From the NCBI RefSeq assembly GCF_000014785.1, contig NC_008340.1, positions 3,180,001 to 3,212,000 of the forward strand: 32,000 nt of DNA. Direction: 5' to 3'. The translations under genes and the position numbers were made by a program. A model generated the notes under the pieces. That model saw only the letters and a list, made by a program, of their open reading frames with translations. It was not told where the DNA came from and did not search any database. This stretch comes from Alkalilimnicola ehrlichii MLHE-1. Its GTDB lineage: Bacteria; Pseudomonadota; Gammaproteobacteria; Nitrococcales; Halorhodospiraceae. Numbering within the stretch: the first letter of the stretch is position 1; every line of letters begins with the position of its first letter. Shown here piece by piece: positions 9,029-19,400 of this stretch.

Positions 9029-10003
9029 ATGGCAAAACAACGCAACGACAATCCGGCCCATCCCGGCAACTGGGGCCACGCCCTGGGCCTGGCACTGCTC
9101 TGGCTGATCGGCCGTATGCCGCCCCGACTGGCCCTGGGGCTGGGCGCCGGGCTCGGCGCCCTGGGCTATCGCCTGGCCCGGGCACGGAGGCTGATCGTCC
9201 GCCGCAACCTGGAGCTCTGCTTTCCGGAGCAGGACCCGGCGCCCCGAGAGGCGCTGGTGCGGGCCAATTTCCGCTACACCGGGCGCGGCCTGGCGGAGTT
9301 GGCCCTGTCCTGGTTCGGCGGCCCCCGGGTGGACCGGCTACCACTGGCCGTGGAGGGCCTGGAGCACCTGCGCGCGGCGCAGGCTGATGGCTCGCCGGTG
9401 ATCCTCCTCTCGGGCCACTTCACCACCGTGGAGATCTGCGGCCGACTCCTGCGCCGGCACTCGGAGATGGCGGTGATCTACAAACCCATGGACAAGCGCC
9501 CGCTGGCGGACCGCACCATGCGTGAGGGCAGAGAGCGGGCCATCGGCCCCGCGCTCTCTAAGGACGACCTGCGCGGCATCGTGCGCACCCTGCGCAAAGG
9601 GCTACCCGTCTGGTACGCCGGCGACCAGAACTACCGCAGCCGCCAGAATGTCTTCGCGCCCTTTTTCGGCATTCCCGCCGCCACCGTCACCGGGCTCTCC
9701 CGGCTGGCGCGGTTGAGCAAGGCGCGGGTGGTGCCGGTCTTCTACCACGCCCGCGAGGACGGCCCCGGCTACCGGGTGGTCTTCAAGCCGGCGCTGGAAG
9801 GGTTCCCGTCGGGGGATGACCAGGCCGATGCGGAGCGGATGAACCGCATCATCGAGGAGGCGGTGCGCGCCCACCCGGCACAGTACTTCTGGGCCCACCG
9901 CCGCTTCAAGAGCCAGCCCGATGGCGACGTGGACATGTACCCGGGCGTCAAAGACCACCGCCGCGAGCGACGCCGCCGTCGCGCCCGCCAGCAGCAACAG
10001 TGA
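9029..10003 (+). CDS. lpxL: Lipid A biosynthesis lauroyl/myristoyl (Kdo-dependent late) acyltransferase
   Basis: LpxL/HtrB family features: N-terminal membrane anchor, NLELCFPE, acyltransferase HX4E motif SGHFTTVE, C-terminal YFWAHRRFK. Carries an extra Arg/Gln-rich tail. Confidence 0.9.
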   Translation: MAKQRNDNPAHPGNWGHALGLALLWLIGRMPPRLALGLGAGLGALGYRLARARRLIVRRNLELCFPEQDPAPREALVRANFRYTGRGLAELALSWFGGPRVDRLPLAVEGLEHLRAAQADGSPVILLSGHFTTVEICGRLLRRHSEMAVIYKPMDKRPLADRTMREGRERAIGPALSKDDLRGIVRTLRKGLPVWYAGDQNYRSRQNVFAPFFGIPAATVTGLSRLARLSKARVVPVFYHAREDGPGYRVVFKPALEGFPSGDDQADAERMNRIIEEAVRAHPAQYFWAHRRFKSQPDGDVDMYPGVKDHRRERRRRRARQQQQ

Positions 10004-10010
10004 ACCCGCC

Positions 10011-11099
10011 ATGGCCCGAGCCGAACTGCCGCTGACCACACCGCCCCGCTCGCTCTGCATCCTGCGCTTTTCCGCGCTGGGGGACGTCACCCACATGACC
10101 CCGGTGGTGCGTACCCTGCAGCGGGAATGGCCGGAGACCCGCCTGACCTGGATCGTCGGCAAGGCCGAACACACCCTGGTGGGGGATATCCCCGGTGTGG
10201 ACTTCGCGGTCTTCGACAAGGCCGCTGGCTGGGCCGGTTATCGGGACCTGTGGCGGCAACTGCGCGGACAGCGGTTCGACGTGCTGCTGCACAACCAGTT
10301 CGCCCTGCGGGCCAATATCGCCAGCCTGGGCATCCGCGCGGACCTGCGGCTGGGTTACGACCGGGCCCGCTCCCGGGACCTGCACGGGCTGTTCATCAAC
10401 GCCCGCATCCCGCCCCACCCGGGCCAGCACGTCATCGACATCTACTTCAGTTTCATCGAAACCCTGGGGCTCCGGCGCCGGCACATGGTCTGGGACATTC
10501 CCGTGCCGGAGGCGGCCGAGGCCCGTGCCCGGGCACTGACCCCGGACGACACCCCCACGCTCGTGATCAGCCCCTGCTCCAGCCACGCCCTGCGCAACTG
10601 GACGGTGGCGGGCTGCGCCCGGGTCGCGGATCACGCCGCACGCCGCCACGGACTGCGCGTGCTGATCACCGGCGGCCCCTCTGAGGTGGAGCGGGAGACG
10701 GGCGCGGCCATCGCCGCGCAGGCAGAAACGGCGCCGGAGAACCTGGTGGGCCAGACCTCCATCAAGGAGATGCTCGCCCTGTTGGGCCGCGCCACGGCGG
10801 TGGTGAGCCCCGATTCCGGCCCGGCGCACATGGCCAACGCCATGGGCACGCCCGTGATCGGGCTCTACGCCTGCACTAACCCCGGTCGGGCGCGGCCCTA
10901 TTACAGCGGCCAGTGGTGCGTTGATCGCTATGACGAGGCCTCAAGGCGGGAGCTGGGCAGGCCCGCCAGCGAGATCCGCTGGGGCACCAAGATCGAGCGC
11001 CCGGGTGTGATGGCGCTGATCACCCCGGAGGACGTGATCGAACGGCTGGATGCCCTGATGGCCGCCGGTGCCCCGCGCGCCATTCCGCCGGAGACCTGA
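10011..11099 (+). CDS. ADP-heptose:LPS heptosyltransferase (glycosyltransferase family 9, WaaC/WaaF-like)
   Basis: ILRFSALGDVTHMTPVVRTL N-terminal GT9 motif and C-terminal SPDSGPAHMANAMGTPVIGLY. ATG 10011 lies 8 nt after the lpxL stop. Confidence 0.88.
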   Translation: MARAELPLTTPPRSLCILRFSALGDVTHMTPVVRTLQREWPETRLTWIVGKAEHTLVGDIPGVDFAVFDKAAGWAGYRDLWRQLRGQRFDVLLHNQFALRANIASLGIRADLRLGYDRARSRDLHGLFINARIPPHPGQHVIDIYFSFIETLGLRRRHMVWDIPVPEAAEARARALTPDDTPTLVISPCSSHALRNWTVAGCARVADHAARRHGLRVLITGGPSEVERETGAAIAAQAETAPENLVGQTSIKEMLALLGRATAVVSPDSGPAHMANAMGTPVIGLYACTNPGRARPYYSGQWCVDRYDEASRRELGRPASEIRWGTKIERPGVMALITPEDVIERLDALMAAGAPRAIPPET

Positions 11100-11109
11100 G
11101 GGCGGGCCG

Positions 11110-11880
11110 CTATCGAGGACGGGCACCCTCGTAGCCGGCCAGCAGTGCCGAGAAGCAGGCCTCGGAATAGACCCAACGCTCGCGGATGCGCAGGCGTTTC
11201 TCCAGGTCCCGTTTTAACCGCTGCAGGTTGGCCTGGCGCCAGTCGGTCGCGGACTCCGGCCGGTGCTCGCCCCGGTCCCAGTCGATGATCCAGACCTCGC
11301 CCTTGGGGTCGATGAGGATGTTGCGGCTGTTCAGATCCGGATGCCAGTGGCCGGCGTCGTGGAAGCGGCGGATACAGGCCCCCACCGCCCGCCAAGTGGC
11401 CTCGCTGACCCCTTGCCCGCCCAGGTTCTCATCCAGCGACCGGGCGCCGGGCACCCGGACGGTGATCAGGTCCGCGGTGTAGGTGGGCCCCAGCCGCACC
11501 ACTCGCCCGGCCACGGGGCGTGGCACCGGCAGGCCCTCGTCATAGAGGCGGGCGGTGTAGTGCCACTCCTGCCAGGGCCGGGTCTCCTGCAGGCCCTGCC
11601 AGAGGTAGCGATCCCCCAGGGCCCGGGCAATAGTCCCGCCCCGCAAGTAGTGGCGCAGCACCCATTGCGGCGGCTCATCGCGCGAGCCTTCCCCGGGCCG
11701 TCCTCCGGCGGCGTCAGGCACACGGAAGAAGACCACGCTGCCCCGCCCGCCACCGCGGCCGGTCACCAGGCTGCGCCGTTCCAGCTCCGCCGGGTCGAAC
11801 CACCAGTGGGCGGGCGGCTGCGCCAGGGCCGTATCGTGGAGCACGCGGACCCGGCCCTCGCGCCAGTGCCGCCCCTCCAT
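11110..11880 (-). CDS. kdkA: 3-deoxy-D-manno-octulosonic acid (Kdo) kinase
   Basis: VLRHYLRGG, FHDAGHWHPDLNSRNILID and WIIDWDRGE are the KdkA family hallmarks. ATG 11880-11878 overlaps the upstream TGA by 1 nt (TGATG). Confidence 0.88.
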   Translation of the reverse strand: MEGRHWREGRVRVLHDTALAQPPAHWWFDPAELERRSLVTGRGGGRGSVVFFRVPDAAGGRPGEGSRDEPPQWVLRHYLRGGTIARALGDRYLWQGLQETRPWQEWHYTARLYDEGLPVPRPVAGRVVRLGPTYTADLITVRVPGARSLDENLGGQGVSEATWRAVGACIRRFHDAGHWHPDLNSRNILIDPKGEVWIIDWDRGEHRPESATDWRQANLQRLKRDLEKRLRIRERWVYSEACFSALLAGYEGARPR

Positions 11881-12800
11881 CAGGCGGCCTGGCCGGCCTG
11901 CTCCAGCACCTGCCAGGGGGAGCGCTCGGGCAGGTGACAGGCCTCCGGCTTAACGTAGTAGGTGGCCACCAGCGCATGCTGACCGGCAAGCGCCGCGTGG
12001 CTCACCAGGTCGGTGAACACACACCAGCTGTGGAAGGGCTCGAAGGCCAACTGCACGCCCCGATCGGGGTCATTCTGGTAGTCGTCGCTGTCCTTCATCC
12101 AGTTATGCATCCGGCGCATGGCCCGGTCGTAGGGCGAGGTGTCGCCCACCACCTGAAGCTGCGGCAGGCCCAGGGCGGACAGCCCGCGCAGGGCACCGCT
12201 CCAGGCCCGCTCGGCCACGCCCTGGCGCAGCGAGGGGGCCGGCGCAATGCCGGCGGCCCCACCGTAGGCCTGGTAGAGCTCACGGAATTGCTCGGCGATC
12301 CGCCAGATGCGCGCCTCGTCCGGGTTGATGTTGGTGAAAAAGCGCAGCGGCCGCCAGCCGTGGGTGGCACCGGCCGGAAAGGCGTCCACGTGCAGCAGCT
12401 CGTTGTTGGAGTGGCGCTTGATCACCCGGCCCTTCTCCTGCACCGGCCGGAAGTTGACCTTGCGCGGGCTCCAGCTGGTGGCATAGCCGGGCAGCATCCG
12501 ACCCAGGAAGGCGTTCACCGTACGGCTGTGCTCGCGCAGGATGCGCAGCACCTGCTCGCCGGCATCACCCTCGTTCTTCATGCCGCTGATGTAGTCACCG
12601 TGGGGGTGATAGCTGATGTTCTTCAGCTTGATCAGCCGGCCCACCTCGCTGCGCAGGAAGTGCAGGTCCTCCTCGCTGGGCAGGGGCAGCCGCCCCGGCT
12701 CGAACAGCAGGATGTTGCCCTCCTCCAGGGTCCGCTCCAGGCGGTCGCCGGGGTGCTCGTACTCCTCGGCGGTGACGCGATGCAGGGGCTGGTCGCTCAT
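11880..12800 (-). CDS. kdoO: Kdo hydroxylase-like Fe(II)/2-oxoglutarate dioxygenase (KdoO family)
   Basis: 306 aa with LLHVDAFP (HxD of the facial triad) and a later SHAAL His. The N-terminal block EEGNILLFEP...KLKNISY matches my recollection of the Kdo_hydroxy family. Sits between hldD and kdkA. Assignment is from memory, not a search. Confidence 0.6.
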   Translation of the reverse strand: MSDQPLHRVTAEEYEHPGDRLERTLEEGNILLFEPGRLPLPSEEDLHFLRSEVGRLIKLKNISYHPHGDYISGMKNEGDAGEQVLRILREHSRTVNAFLGRMLPGYATSWSPRKVNFRPVQEKGRVIKRHSNNELLHVDAFPAGATHGWRPLRFFTNINPDEARIWRIAEQFRELYQAYGGAAGIAPAPSLRQGVAERAWSGALRGLSALGLPQLQVVGDTSPYDRAMRRMHNWMKDSDDYQNDPDRGVQLAFEPFHSWCVFTDLVSHAALAGQHALVATYYVKPEACHLPERSPWQVLEQAGQAA

Positions 12801-12815
12801 GGCTTGTTCTCCGGA

Positions 12816-13778
12816 TCAGCTGGGCATGACCGCGGGGGCGTCCGCCACCGCGTCCAGGTAGTTGCGCACGCCGGTCTCGATATCGTTGAAGGCCAGGTCA
12901 CAGCCGGCGGCACGCAGCTGGCTGAGGTCGGCCTGGGTATAGCTCTGGTAGCGCCCCTTCAGGTGTTCCGGGAAGGGGATGTACTCGATCTCGCCGTGAC
13001 CGAACCAGTCGATCACGGCATGGGCCATGGCGTTGAAGGTGCGTGCCCGCCCGGTACCGCAGTTGTAGATCCCGCTGACCTCCGGGTGGTCCAGCAGCCA
13101 GAGCTTGAGCCGCACGCAGTCGCTCACGTCGACGAAGTCCCGGCGCTGCTCGCCGTCGGCGTACCCGTCACTGCCCTCGAACAGCCGCACCTGGCCGCTC
13201 TCCCGCAGCTGCCGGCTGAAGTGGTGGACCACACTGGCCATGCCCCCCTTGTGCTGCTCGCGCGGCCCGTAGACGTTGAAATAACGCAGGCCCACCACCT
13301 GGGCGGACAGGTCGTCCAGGTACCGCCGCAGGTACTGGTCGAAGGCCAACTTAGAGTAGCCGTAGACGTTCAACGGCCGCTCGTGCTCCGGGTGTTCGGT
13401 GAACACCGAGTTGCCGCCATAGACCGCCGCCGAGGAGGCGTAGATGAAGGGGATGCGCCGGTCCTGGCACCAGTGGAACAGCGCCCGGGAGTACTCGAAG
13501 TTGTTGCGCATCATGTAGCGCCCATCCCACTCGGTGGTGGCGGAACAGGCCCCCAGGTGGAAGACGGCCTCCACCGGCCCCAGGCCTTCGTCGGCCTCGA
13601 TCAGGGTGATGAAGTCGTCCTTGTCGTAGTAGTCGGCGATCACGCAGTCGGCCAGGTTGAGCGCCTTCTCGCCCCGGGTGAGGTTGTCCACCACGATGAC
13701 GTCGGTGCGCCCACGCCGGTTGAGCTCGTGGACCAGATTGCTGCCGATGAAGCCGGCTCCGCCGGTAACGATGATCAC
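12816..13778 (-). CDS. hldD: ADP-L-glycero-D-manno-heptose 6-epimerase
   Basis: [20 protein letters not shown] start, an SSAAVYG block and overall HldD/RfaD pattern. GTG start 13778 with GGAG upstream. Confidence 0.93.
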   Translation of the reverse strand: MIIVTGGAGFIGSNLVHELNRRGRTDVIVVDNLTRGEKALNLADCVIADYYDKDDFITLIEADEGLGPVEAVFHLGACSATTEWDGRYMMRNNFEYSRALFHWCQDRRIPFIYASSAAVYGGNSVFTEHPEHERPLNVYGYSKLAFDQYLRRYLDDLSAQVVGLRYFNVYGPREQHKGGMASVVHHFSRQLRESGQVRLFEGSDGYADGEQRRDFVDVSDCVRLKLWLLDHPEVSGIYNCGTGRARTFNAMAHAVIDWFGHGEIEYIPFPEHLKGRYQSYTQADLSQLRAAGCDLAFNDIETGVRNYLDAVADAPAVMPS

Positions 13779-13825
13779 TGTACTGCTCCTGCCATTGGGA
13801 TATTGAAGGCATTGTAAGCGGGGTA

Positions 13826-13851
13826 CCCGGCGGGGAAAAGCAGCCGCCGGG
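13826..13851 (-). terminator. GC-rich hairpin (8-bp stem CCCGGCGG/CCGCCGGG, 10-nt loop) between hldE and hldD
   Basis: Stem arms at 13826-13833 and 13844-13851. No trailing U-tract on the minus-strand RNA, so it may be an attenuating or stabilising hairpin rather than a full terminator. Confidence 0.3.
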
Positions 13852-13859
13852 GCCGGCGC

Positions 13860-15293
13860 TCAGGTGTCGGGGGCGGACTGCATGCGCTCGATCATCGCCG
13901 AGGTGGAGCAGCCGTCGAGGAAGTCGAGGATCTCCACCCGGCCGCCGTGGGCCACCACGGCATCGTGGCCGGCGATCGCCTCGGGTTGGTAGTCGCCCCC
14001 CTTGACCAGCACATCGGGCAGCACCGCGCCGATCACCCGCGCCGGGGTGTCCTCGCTGAAGGGCACCACCCAGTCCACCGAGGCCAGCCCGGCCAATACC
14101 GCCATGCGCTGTTGCACGGGGTTGATCGGGCGCCCCTCGCCCTTCAACCGGCGCACCGAGGCGTCGTCGTTCACCGCCACAATGAGCCGGTCGCCCCGGC
14201 TGCGCGCCTGCTCCAGGTAGGCCACATGGCCGGCGTGGAGTAGATCGAAGCAGCCGTTGGTCATGACGATACGCTCGCCGTGGGCGCGGGCATCGGCCAC
14301 CGCGTGCAGCAGCTCCGGCTCGGTGAGCACGCCGCGCCCGCTCTGCTCCTGCTCCTGCAGCGCCCGGCGCAGTTCCGCCACGCTGACCGTGGCGGTGCCC
14401 AACTTGCCCACCACGATGCCGGCGGCGAGATTGGCCAGCGCCATGGCCTGGGGCAGGGCGAGCCCGGTGGCCAGGCCGGTGGCCAGGGTCGCGATCACCG
14501 TATCGCCGGCGCCGGTGACATCGAAGACTTCCCGCGCCCGCGCCGCCAGGTGTACCGGCGCCTCGCCCGGGCGCACCAGGCTCATGCCGTCCTCGCCGCG
14601 GGTGACCAGCAGCGCCTCGATGCCACACTCCCGGGCCAGGGCCTCGCCGCGCCGGACCAGGGTGTCCTCGTCCGCGCAGCGGCCGACCACCGCCTCGAAC
14701 TCCGCCAGGTTGGGGGTGATCAGGGTGGCGCCGCGGTAGATGGAGAAATCCCGCCCCTTGGGGTCGGCCAGCACCGGCACCCCGGCCTCGCGTGCCGCCT
14801 CGATCAGCGGCCGGGGGTCGCGCAACGCCCCCTTGGCGTAATCCGAGAGCACCACCGCACCGCAACCGGCGAGCAACGGGCGGTACTGGGGCAACAGGTC
14901 GCGGGCGTGGGCCCCTGGGAAACCATCCTCGAAGTCCAGCCGGATAAGCTGCTGGTGGCGGCTGATCACCCGCAGCTTGGTGATGGTGGCCGCCCCGGGC
15001 TGGCGGCGGAAGTGGCAGGCCACCCCGGCGTTCTCGAGCAGGGAGGCCAGTTCGTTGGCGGCCTCGTCCTGGCCGGTGATGCCCACCAGCTCGGGCTGCC
15101 CGCCCAGGGCGGCCACGTTGAGCGCCACGTTGCCGGCGCCACCGGGGCGCTGCTCGATATCGCGCACGTGCACCACCGGCACCGGCGCCTCGGGGGAGAT
15201 GCGGTCGGTACCGCCGTGCCAGTAGCGGTCCAGCATCAGGTCACCGGCCACCAGCACGCGGGCCTGGTCGAAGGGAGGGAGGGTGATTTTCAT
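13860..15293 (-). CDS. hldE: Bifunctional D-beta-D-heptose 7-phosphate kinase / D-beta-D-heptose 1-phosphate adenylyltransferase
   Basis: 477 aa. N-terminal ribokinase-like domain (DVTGAGDTV) and C-terminal cytidylyltransferase domain ([16 protein letters not shown]). Confidence 0.95.
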   Translation of the reverse strand: MKITLPPFDQARVLVAGDLMLDRYWHGGTDRISPEAPVPVVHVRDIEQRPGGAGNVALNVAALGGQPELVGITGQDEAANELASLLENAGVACHFRRQPGAATITKLRVISRHQQLIRLDFEDGFPGAHARDLLPQYRPLLAGCGAVVLSDYAKGALRDPRPLIEAAREAGVPVLADPKGRDFSIYRGATLITPNLAEFEAVVGRCADEDTLVRRGEALARECGIEALLVTRGEDGMSLVRPGEAPVHLAARAREVFDVTGAGDTVIATLATGLATGLALPQAMALANLAAGIVVGKLGTATVSVAELRRALQEQEQSGRGVLTEPELLHAVADARAHGERIVMTNGCFDLLHAGHVAYLEQARSRGDRLIVAVNDDASVRRLKGEGRPINPVQQRMAVLAGLASVDWVVPFSEDTPARVIGAVLPDVLVKGGDYQPEAIAGHDAVVAHGGRVEILDFLDGCSTSAMIERMQSAPDT

Positions 15294-15377
15294 GGATCGC
15301 CAATAATAGCCTGCCTCTGCGTGGACAGGCAGTATAACGGCATTGGGCGGGGGTTAGGGACGGTTTACGGTCGCCCG

Positions 15378-15836
15378 TCAGGCCGCCGCCGTCTCCTGGC
15401 TCTCGGCCCGCGAGGCCACCAGTACCGTGGCCTCGCCCACCACCACCACGCGCCCCTTCACCGTGCAGACGGTCTCCAGCGTCGCCCGGCGGCGTTCGAC
15501 GTCCAGGGCGCGCACGGTGGCGGTGGCCTTAACGGTGTCACCGATACGCACCGGCGCCTTGAACTTGATGAACTGGTCCAGGTAAATCGCCCCCGGTCCC
15601 GGCAGGCGGGTGCCGAGCACGCAGGAGATAAGCCCCGCCAGGAACATCCCATGCACGATGCGGCCGCGGGCGAAGGTGTTGGAGGCGAACTCCTCGTTGA
15701 TATGCACCGGGTTGTTGTCACCCGACAGGCCGGCGTAGAGCACCACATCGGTCTCGGTGACCGTCTTGGCGTAGGAGCCGGACATGCCCTCTTCCAGGTC
15801 CTCGATGTAGTAACCCTGATACTCGTCCAACATCAT
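15378..15836 (-). CDS. MaoC-like (R)-specific enoyl-CoA hydratase / hotdog-fold dehydratase
   Basis: Hydratase-2 motif YAGLSGDNNPVHINEEFA. About 152 aa from ATG 15836 (MMLDEYQ) with GAGG upstream. The track ORF to 16220 is an artificial extension. Confidence 0.85.
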   Translation of the reverse strand: MMLDEYQGYYIEDLEEGMSGSYAKTVTETDVVLYAGLSGDNNPVHINEEFASNTFARGRIVHGMFLAGLISCVLGTRLPGPGAIYLDQFIKFKAPVRIGDTVKATATVRALDVERRRATLETVCTVKGRVVVVGEATVLVASRAESQETAAA

Positions 15837-15943
15837 CTCAGGCACCTCAGAATGCGTGGTAAGACCAACGGTCATGATGCACTGCACAATGCACCATGGC
15901 GTCAGTCTTTGCAAGGCCCGCACGGTGCCCGGCGCGCCCCCGA

Positions 15944-17476
15944 TCAGCCATCCGGGCTCAGACCGAGCCAGGGGCGGAGCCGGGCCAGGTCCAGATGCCG
16001 CCCGCAGGTCTCGGCAAGGCGGTCCAGGTCCGCCTCGCGGCGGCTGTCGTAACTCACCGCTCTGCCCCGCGCGCGCCAGCCCATGGCTGCCAGCAGCGCA
16101 CGGCGGGCGTCGGGCTCGTCCAACAGCCCGTGCACATAGCTGCCCATCACCTGGCCGTCCGCCGACACGGCACCCTCCGCGCGCCCATCCGGTTCCACCC
16201 GCAGCAGCGGACGGGCACAACCGGGACCGGCGGTGACGCCGTTGTGAATCTCGTAACCCCGCCAGCGCGCCTGCGGGTTCCCGACCAGATCACCTGCCAC
16301 CTGGCGGAGCTGCTTGTCCGGCGCAAGCACGGTGTCCACATCCAGCCACCCCAAACCCCGTAGACTGCCGGCCGGGCCCTCCACGCCGCCAGGATCGGCG
16401 ATCCGCCGGCCCAGCATCTGATAGCCGCCGCACAGCCCCAGCACGTGACCGCCATAGCGCAGGTGCCGGGAGATGACCTCCGCCCAGCCCTGCTCGCGCA
16501 GCCAGGCAAGGTCGGCGCGCACGCTTTTGCTGCCCGGCAGCACGATCAGGTCCGCCGGGGGCGGCGGCTGCCCGGGCCCGACGAAGGTCACCGACACCCC
16601 CGGCTCCAGGCGCAGGGGGTCCAGATCGTTGTGGTTGCTGATCCGGGGCAGGGCCGGCACCACCACGTGAAACCCTGTGCCTCCCGCGCCGCCCCCATCG
16701 CCGGGCGCAATGCTGTCCTCCGCATCCAGCAATAGCCCCCGCACCCAGGGCAGCACCCCGAACACCGGCTTTCCGGTGCGCCGTTCCAGCCAGTCCAGGC
16801 CCGGCTGCAGTAACGCCGAATCACCCCGGAAGCGGTTGATGATAAAGCCGCAGACCCGCGCCCGCTCACTCTCCGAGAGCAGCGCCAGCGTGCCGACAAT
16901 CTGCGCGAAGACCCCGCCACGGTCGATGTCCGCCACCAGGATGACGGGGCAGTCCACCGCCTCGGCGAACCCCATGTTGGCGATATCGCCCTCGCGCAGG
17001 TTGATCTCCGCCGGTGAGCCCGCGCCCTCGGCCAGCACCAGGGCGTGGCGGGCGGCCAGCCGGGCATGGGCCCCAAGCGCCGCCTCCCGGGCCACCGCCT
17101 TGTAGCGCTGATAGCCAACGGCATCCCGGTGGCCGATGGCCCGGCCATTGACGATCACCTGCGCCCCCCGGTCGCTCTCCGGCTTGAGCAGCACCGGATT
17201 CATGTCGGTATGGGGCGCCAGGCCGCAGGCGCGGGCCTGGAGGGCCTGGGAGCGGCCGATCTCGCCGCCGTCGTCAGTCACTGCCGCGTTCAGCGCCATG
17301 TTCTGCGGCTTGAAGGGGGCCACGTCCACCCCCCGCCGGTGCAGCAGCCGGCACAGCCCCGCGACCACCGTGGTCTTGCCGGCGTCCGAGGTGGTGCCCT
17401 GGATCATCACGGTGTGCCCCGAGACCGGGCTGTCCGTCGCGGCCGGTCCGGCCGGGCCAGCGCCCCCGTCAGTCAT
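15944..17476 (-). CDS. cobQ: Cobyric acid synthase
   Basis: [22 protein letters not shown]-terminal P-loop and C-terminal GATase-like domain ([10 protein letters not shown]). ATG 17476 forms an ATGA overlap with the cbiA stop. Confidence 0.92.
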   Translation of the reverse strand: MTDGGAGPAGPAATDSPVSGHTVMIQGTTSDAGKTTVVAGLCRLLHRRGVDVAPFKPQNMALNAAVTDDGGEIGRSQALQARACGLAPHTDMNPVLLKPESDRGAQVIVNGRAIGHRDAVGYQRYKAVAREAALGAHARLAARHALVLAEGAGSPAEINLREGDIANMGFAEAVDCPVILVADIDRGGVFAQIVGTLALLSESERARVCGFIINRFRGDSALLQPGLDWLERRTGKPVFGVLPWVRGLLLDAEDSIAPGDGGGAGGTGFHVVVPALPRISNHNDLDPLRLEPGVSVTFVGPGQPPPPADLIVLPGSKSVRADLAWLREQGWAEVISRHLRYGGHVLGLCGGYQMLGRRIADPGGVEGPAGSLRGLGWLDVDTVLAPDKQLRQVAGDLVGNPQARWRGYEIHNGVTAGPGCARPLLRVEPDGRAEGAVSADGQVMGSYVHGLLDEPDARRALLAAMGWRARGRAVSYDSRREADLDRLAETCGRHLDLARLRPWLGLSPDG

Positions 17477-18768
17477 TGCACCGGCCCCCCGAGCAGTTCC
17501 GCCGTGGCCTCGGGACTGGAGGGGAAGTAGTGATGCTGGTAGCCGGCCACCACGCTGCCCCGGCGGTAGACCGCCTCGCCCTTCCCGCCGCGCAGCCGCT
17601 CGCAGTGAAACCAGGGGGTGAGCGCCACCTCCGCCTGGCTGTGGTGGAAGGTGTGACCGCGCAGCCCACCGGACGGGTAGTCGGCGCGCTGCAGGCCCAG
17701 GGCCGTCAGTCGCGGGCGCATCCAGGCGCGGCCCGGCAGCAGTCCGGCCATGGGCGCGGCGTGACCCTCCCCATCCACCAGTTCCTCCAGCAGATAGAGA
17801 AAGCCGCCGCACTCGGCCAGCAGCGGTCGCTCCGCCGCCACGTGGACGGCCAGTGCCCGATGCATGGCGTGGTTGCGCGACAGCGCCTCCAGGTGCAGCT
17901 CCGGATAGCCGCCAGGCAGCCAGACGGCGTCCACCGCCGGCAGCGCCTCGTCGTGCAGGGGCGAAAACCAGGTCACCTCCGCCCCCAGGGCCCGCAGGCC
18001 GTCCACATTGGCCGGATAGATGAAGGAGAAGGCCTCGTCCCGGGCGATGCCGATGCGCCGGCCGGCCAACAGCCCCGGTGTGGGCACCTCCGGCTCGGGT
18101 CGGAAGGCCACGGGGGGCGGCAACGCCCCGGCCCCGGTCTTACCCATGGCCGCGGCCACCTCGTCCAGCCGGCCGTCCAGGTCGTCCACCTCCTCCGGCT
18201 GGCAAAGGCCGAGGTGGCGGTCGGGGAACTGCGCCGCGGGCGAGCGCGGCAGGGCACCGAACCAGGTCATGCCCGCGGGCAGGCTCTCCCGCAGCAGCCG
18301 GGTGTGGCCCTCGCCGGCCACCCGGTTGGCCAGGACCCCTGCCACCGTCACGTCGGCCCGATATTCCGCCAGCCCGTAGGCCACCGCGCCGAAGGTCTGA
18401 CCCATGGCCGAGGCGTCGATCAGCAGGCAGACGGGCACACCGAAGGCCTCGGCCAGGTCGGCGCTGGAGGGCACGCCGTCGTAGAGGCCCATGCTGCCCT
18501 CAATGAGAATCAGGTCCGCCTCGGCGGCCGCCTGGTAGAGCTGGCGACGGCTCTCCTGGCGCCCCACCATCCAGAGATCGATCTGGCGCACCGGGGCGCC
18601 GCTGGCGCGGGTGAGCATCAGCGGGTCGAGGAAATCCGGCCCCGTCTTGAAGACCCGCACCGTGCGGCCCTGATTGCGGTGATAGCGGGCCAGAGCTGCA
18701 CAGACGGTGGTCTTGCCCTGGCCGGAGGCCGGGGCAGTGACCAGCATCGCGGGGCAATGGCGGGTCAC
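17473..18768 (-). CDS. cbiA: Cobyrinate (or hydrogenobyrinate) a,c-diamide synthase
   Basis: [20 protein letters not shown]-loop and C-terminal amidotransferase domain ([10 protein letters not shown]). GTG 18768 overlaps the cobO stop (GTGA). Confidence 0.9.
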   Translation of the reverse strand: MTRHCPAMLVTAPASGQGKTTVCAALARYHRNQGRTVRVFKTGPDFLDPLMLTRASGAPVRQIDLWMVGRQESRRQLYQAAAEADLILIEGSMGLYDGVPSSADLAEAFGVPVCLLIDASAMGQTFGAVAYGLAEYRADVTVAGVLANRVAGEGHTRLLRESLPAGMTWFGALPRSPAAQFPDRHLGLCQPEEVDDLDGRLDEVAAAMGKTGAGALPPPVAFRPEPEVPTPGLLAGRRIGIARDEAFSFIYPANVDGLRALGAEVTWFSPLHDEALPAVDAVWLPGGYPELHLEALSRNHAMHRALAVHVAAERPLLAECGGFLYLLEELVDGEGHAAPMAGLLPGRAWMRPRLTALGLQRADYPSGGLRGHTFHHSQAEVALTPWFHCERLRGGKGEAVYRRGSVVAGYQHHYFPSSPEATAELLGGPVQ

Positions 18769-19400
18769 AGCTCCACTCCCTTCTGGGCGCGGATGCCGGC
18801 CTCGAAGGCGTGTTTGACCCGCCCCATCTCGGTGACCGTATCGGCCGCATCCAGCAGGGCCGGCGGGGCATCACGGCCGGTGACCAGCACGTGCTGACGG
18901 GCCGGCCGGTCAGCCAGGTCGGCCAGCACCTGCTGAAGATCGAGGTACTCCCGTTTGAGCGCAATATTCAGCTCATCCAATAGCACCAGATCCACATCCG
19001 GATCGGAGAGCAGGTCCCGGCTCACGGCCCAGGCCGCCTCCGCGGCGCGGATATCGCGTGCCCGGTCCTGCGTCTCCCAGGTGAACCCCTCGCCCATCAC
19101 GTGGTAGCGCACCCCCGGCTGCCGCCGGAAGAAGCGCTCCTCCCCGGTCTTGAACCGGCCCTTGATGAACTGCACCACGCCCACTTGCATGCCGTGGCCC
19201 AGGGCACGGGCGAGCATGCCGAAGCCGGAACTGGACTTGCCCTTGCCCGGCCCGGTGAGCACGAGCAGCACCCCCTTGCGCTTCCGGGCGGCCTTGATGC
19301 GGGCGTCCACCGCCTGCTTTTTCTCCGCCATACGGCGGGCGTGATCGCGGTTACTGGGATTGTCGGTCATCGCGGGTCTCGACGCCTGTGCCATTGGCAT
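18765..19400 (-). CDS. cobO: Cob(I)yrinic acid a,c-diamide adenosyltransferase (CobO/BtuR type)
   Basis: GVLLVLTGPGKGKSSSGFGMLARALGHGMQVGVVQFIKG is typical CobO. Start candidates are ATG 19400 (1-nt overlap with the btuB stop), GTG 19403 or ATG 19370. Confidence 0.9.
   Translation of the reverse strand: MPMAQASRPAMTDNPSNRDHARRMAEKKQAVDARIKAARKRKGVLLVLTGPGKGKSSSGFGMLARALGHGMQVGVVQFIKGRFKTGEERFFRRQPGVRYHVMGEGFTWETQDRARDIRAAEAAWAVSRDLLSDPDVDLVLLDELNIALKREYLDLQQVLADLADRPARQHVLVTGRDAPPALLDAADTVTEMGRVKHAFEAGIRAQKGVEL

Noticed and set aside
9950-10003. Arg/Gln-rich C-terminal tail of LpxL (HRRERRRRRARQQQQ) as a possible extra functional module or frameshift remnant.
   Set aside because: It follows the normal end of the LpxL fold (YFWAHRRFK...) and is in frame with a clean stop 8 nt before the next gene. 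It is most simply a lineage-specific disordered tail, and nothing in the sequence indicates a separate function.
15837-16220. N-terminal extensions of track ORFs. Examples: MaoC ORF to 16220, UXS ORF to 6347, cobQ ORF to 17812, cobD ORF from 23821, btuF ORF from 25128, cobT ORF from 27935, msbA ORF from 6151.
   Set aside because: The extensions are Arg/Pro/Gly-rich, overlap neighbouring genes or riboswitch RNA, and lack an SD. Internal ATGs with good SD sequences give proteins of the normal family length.
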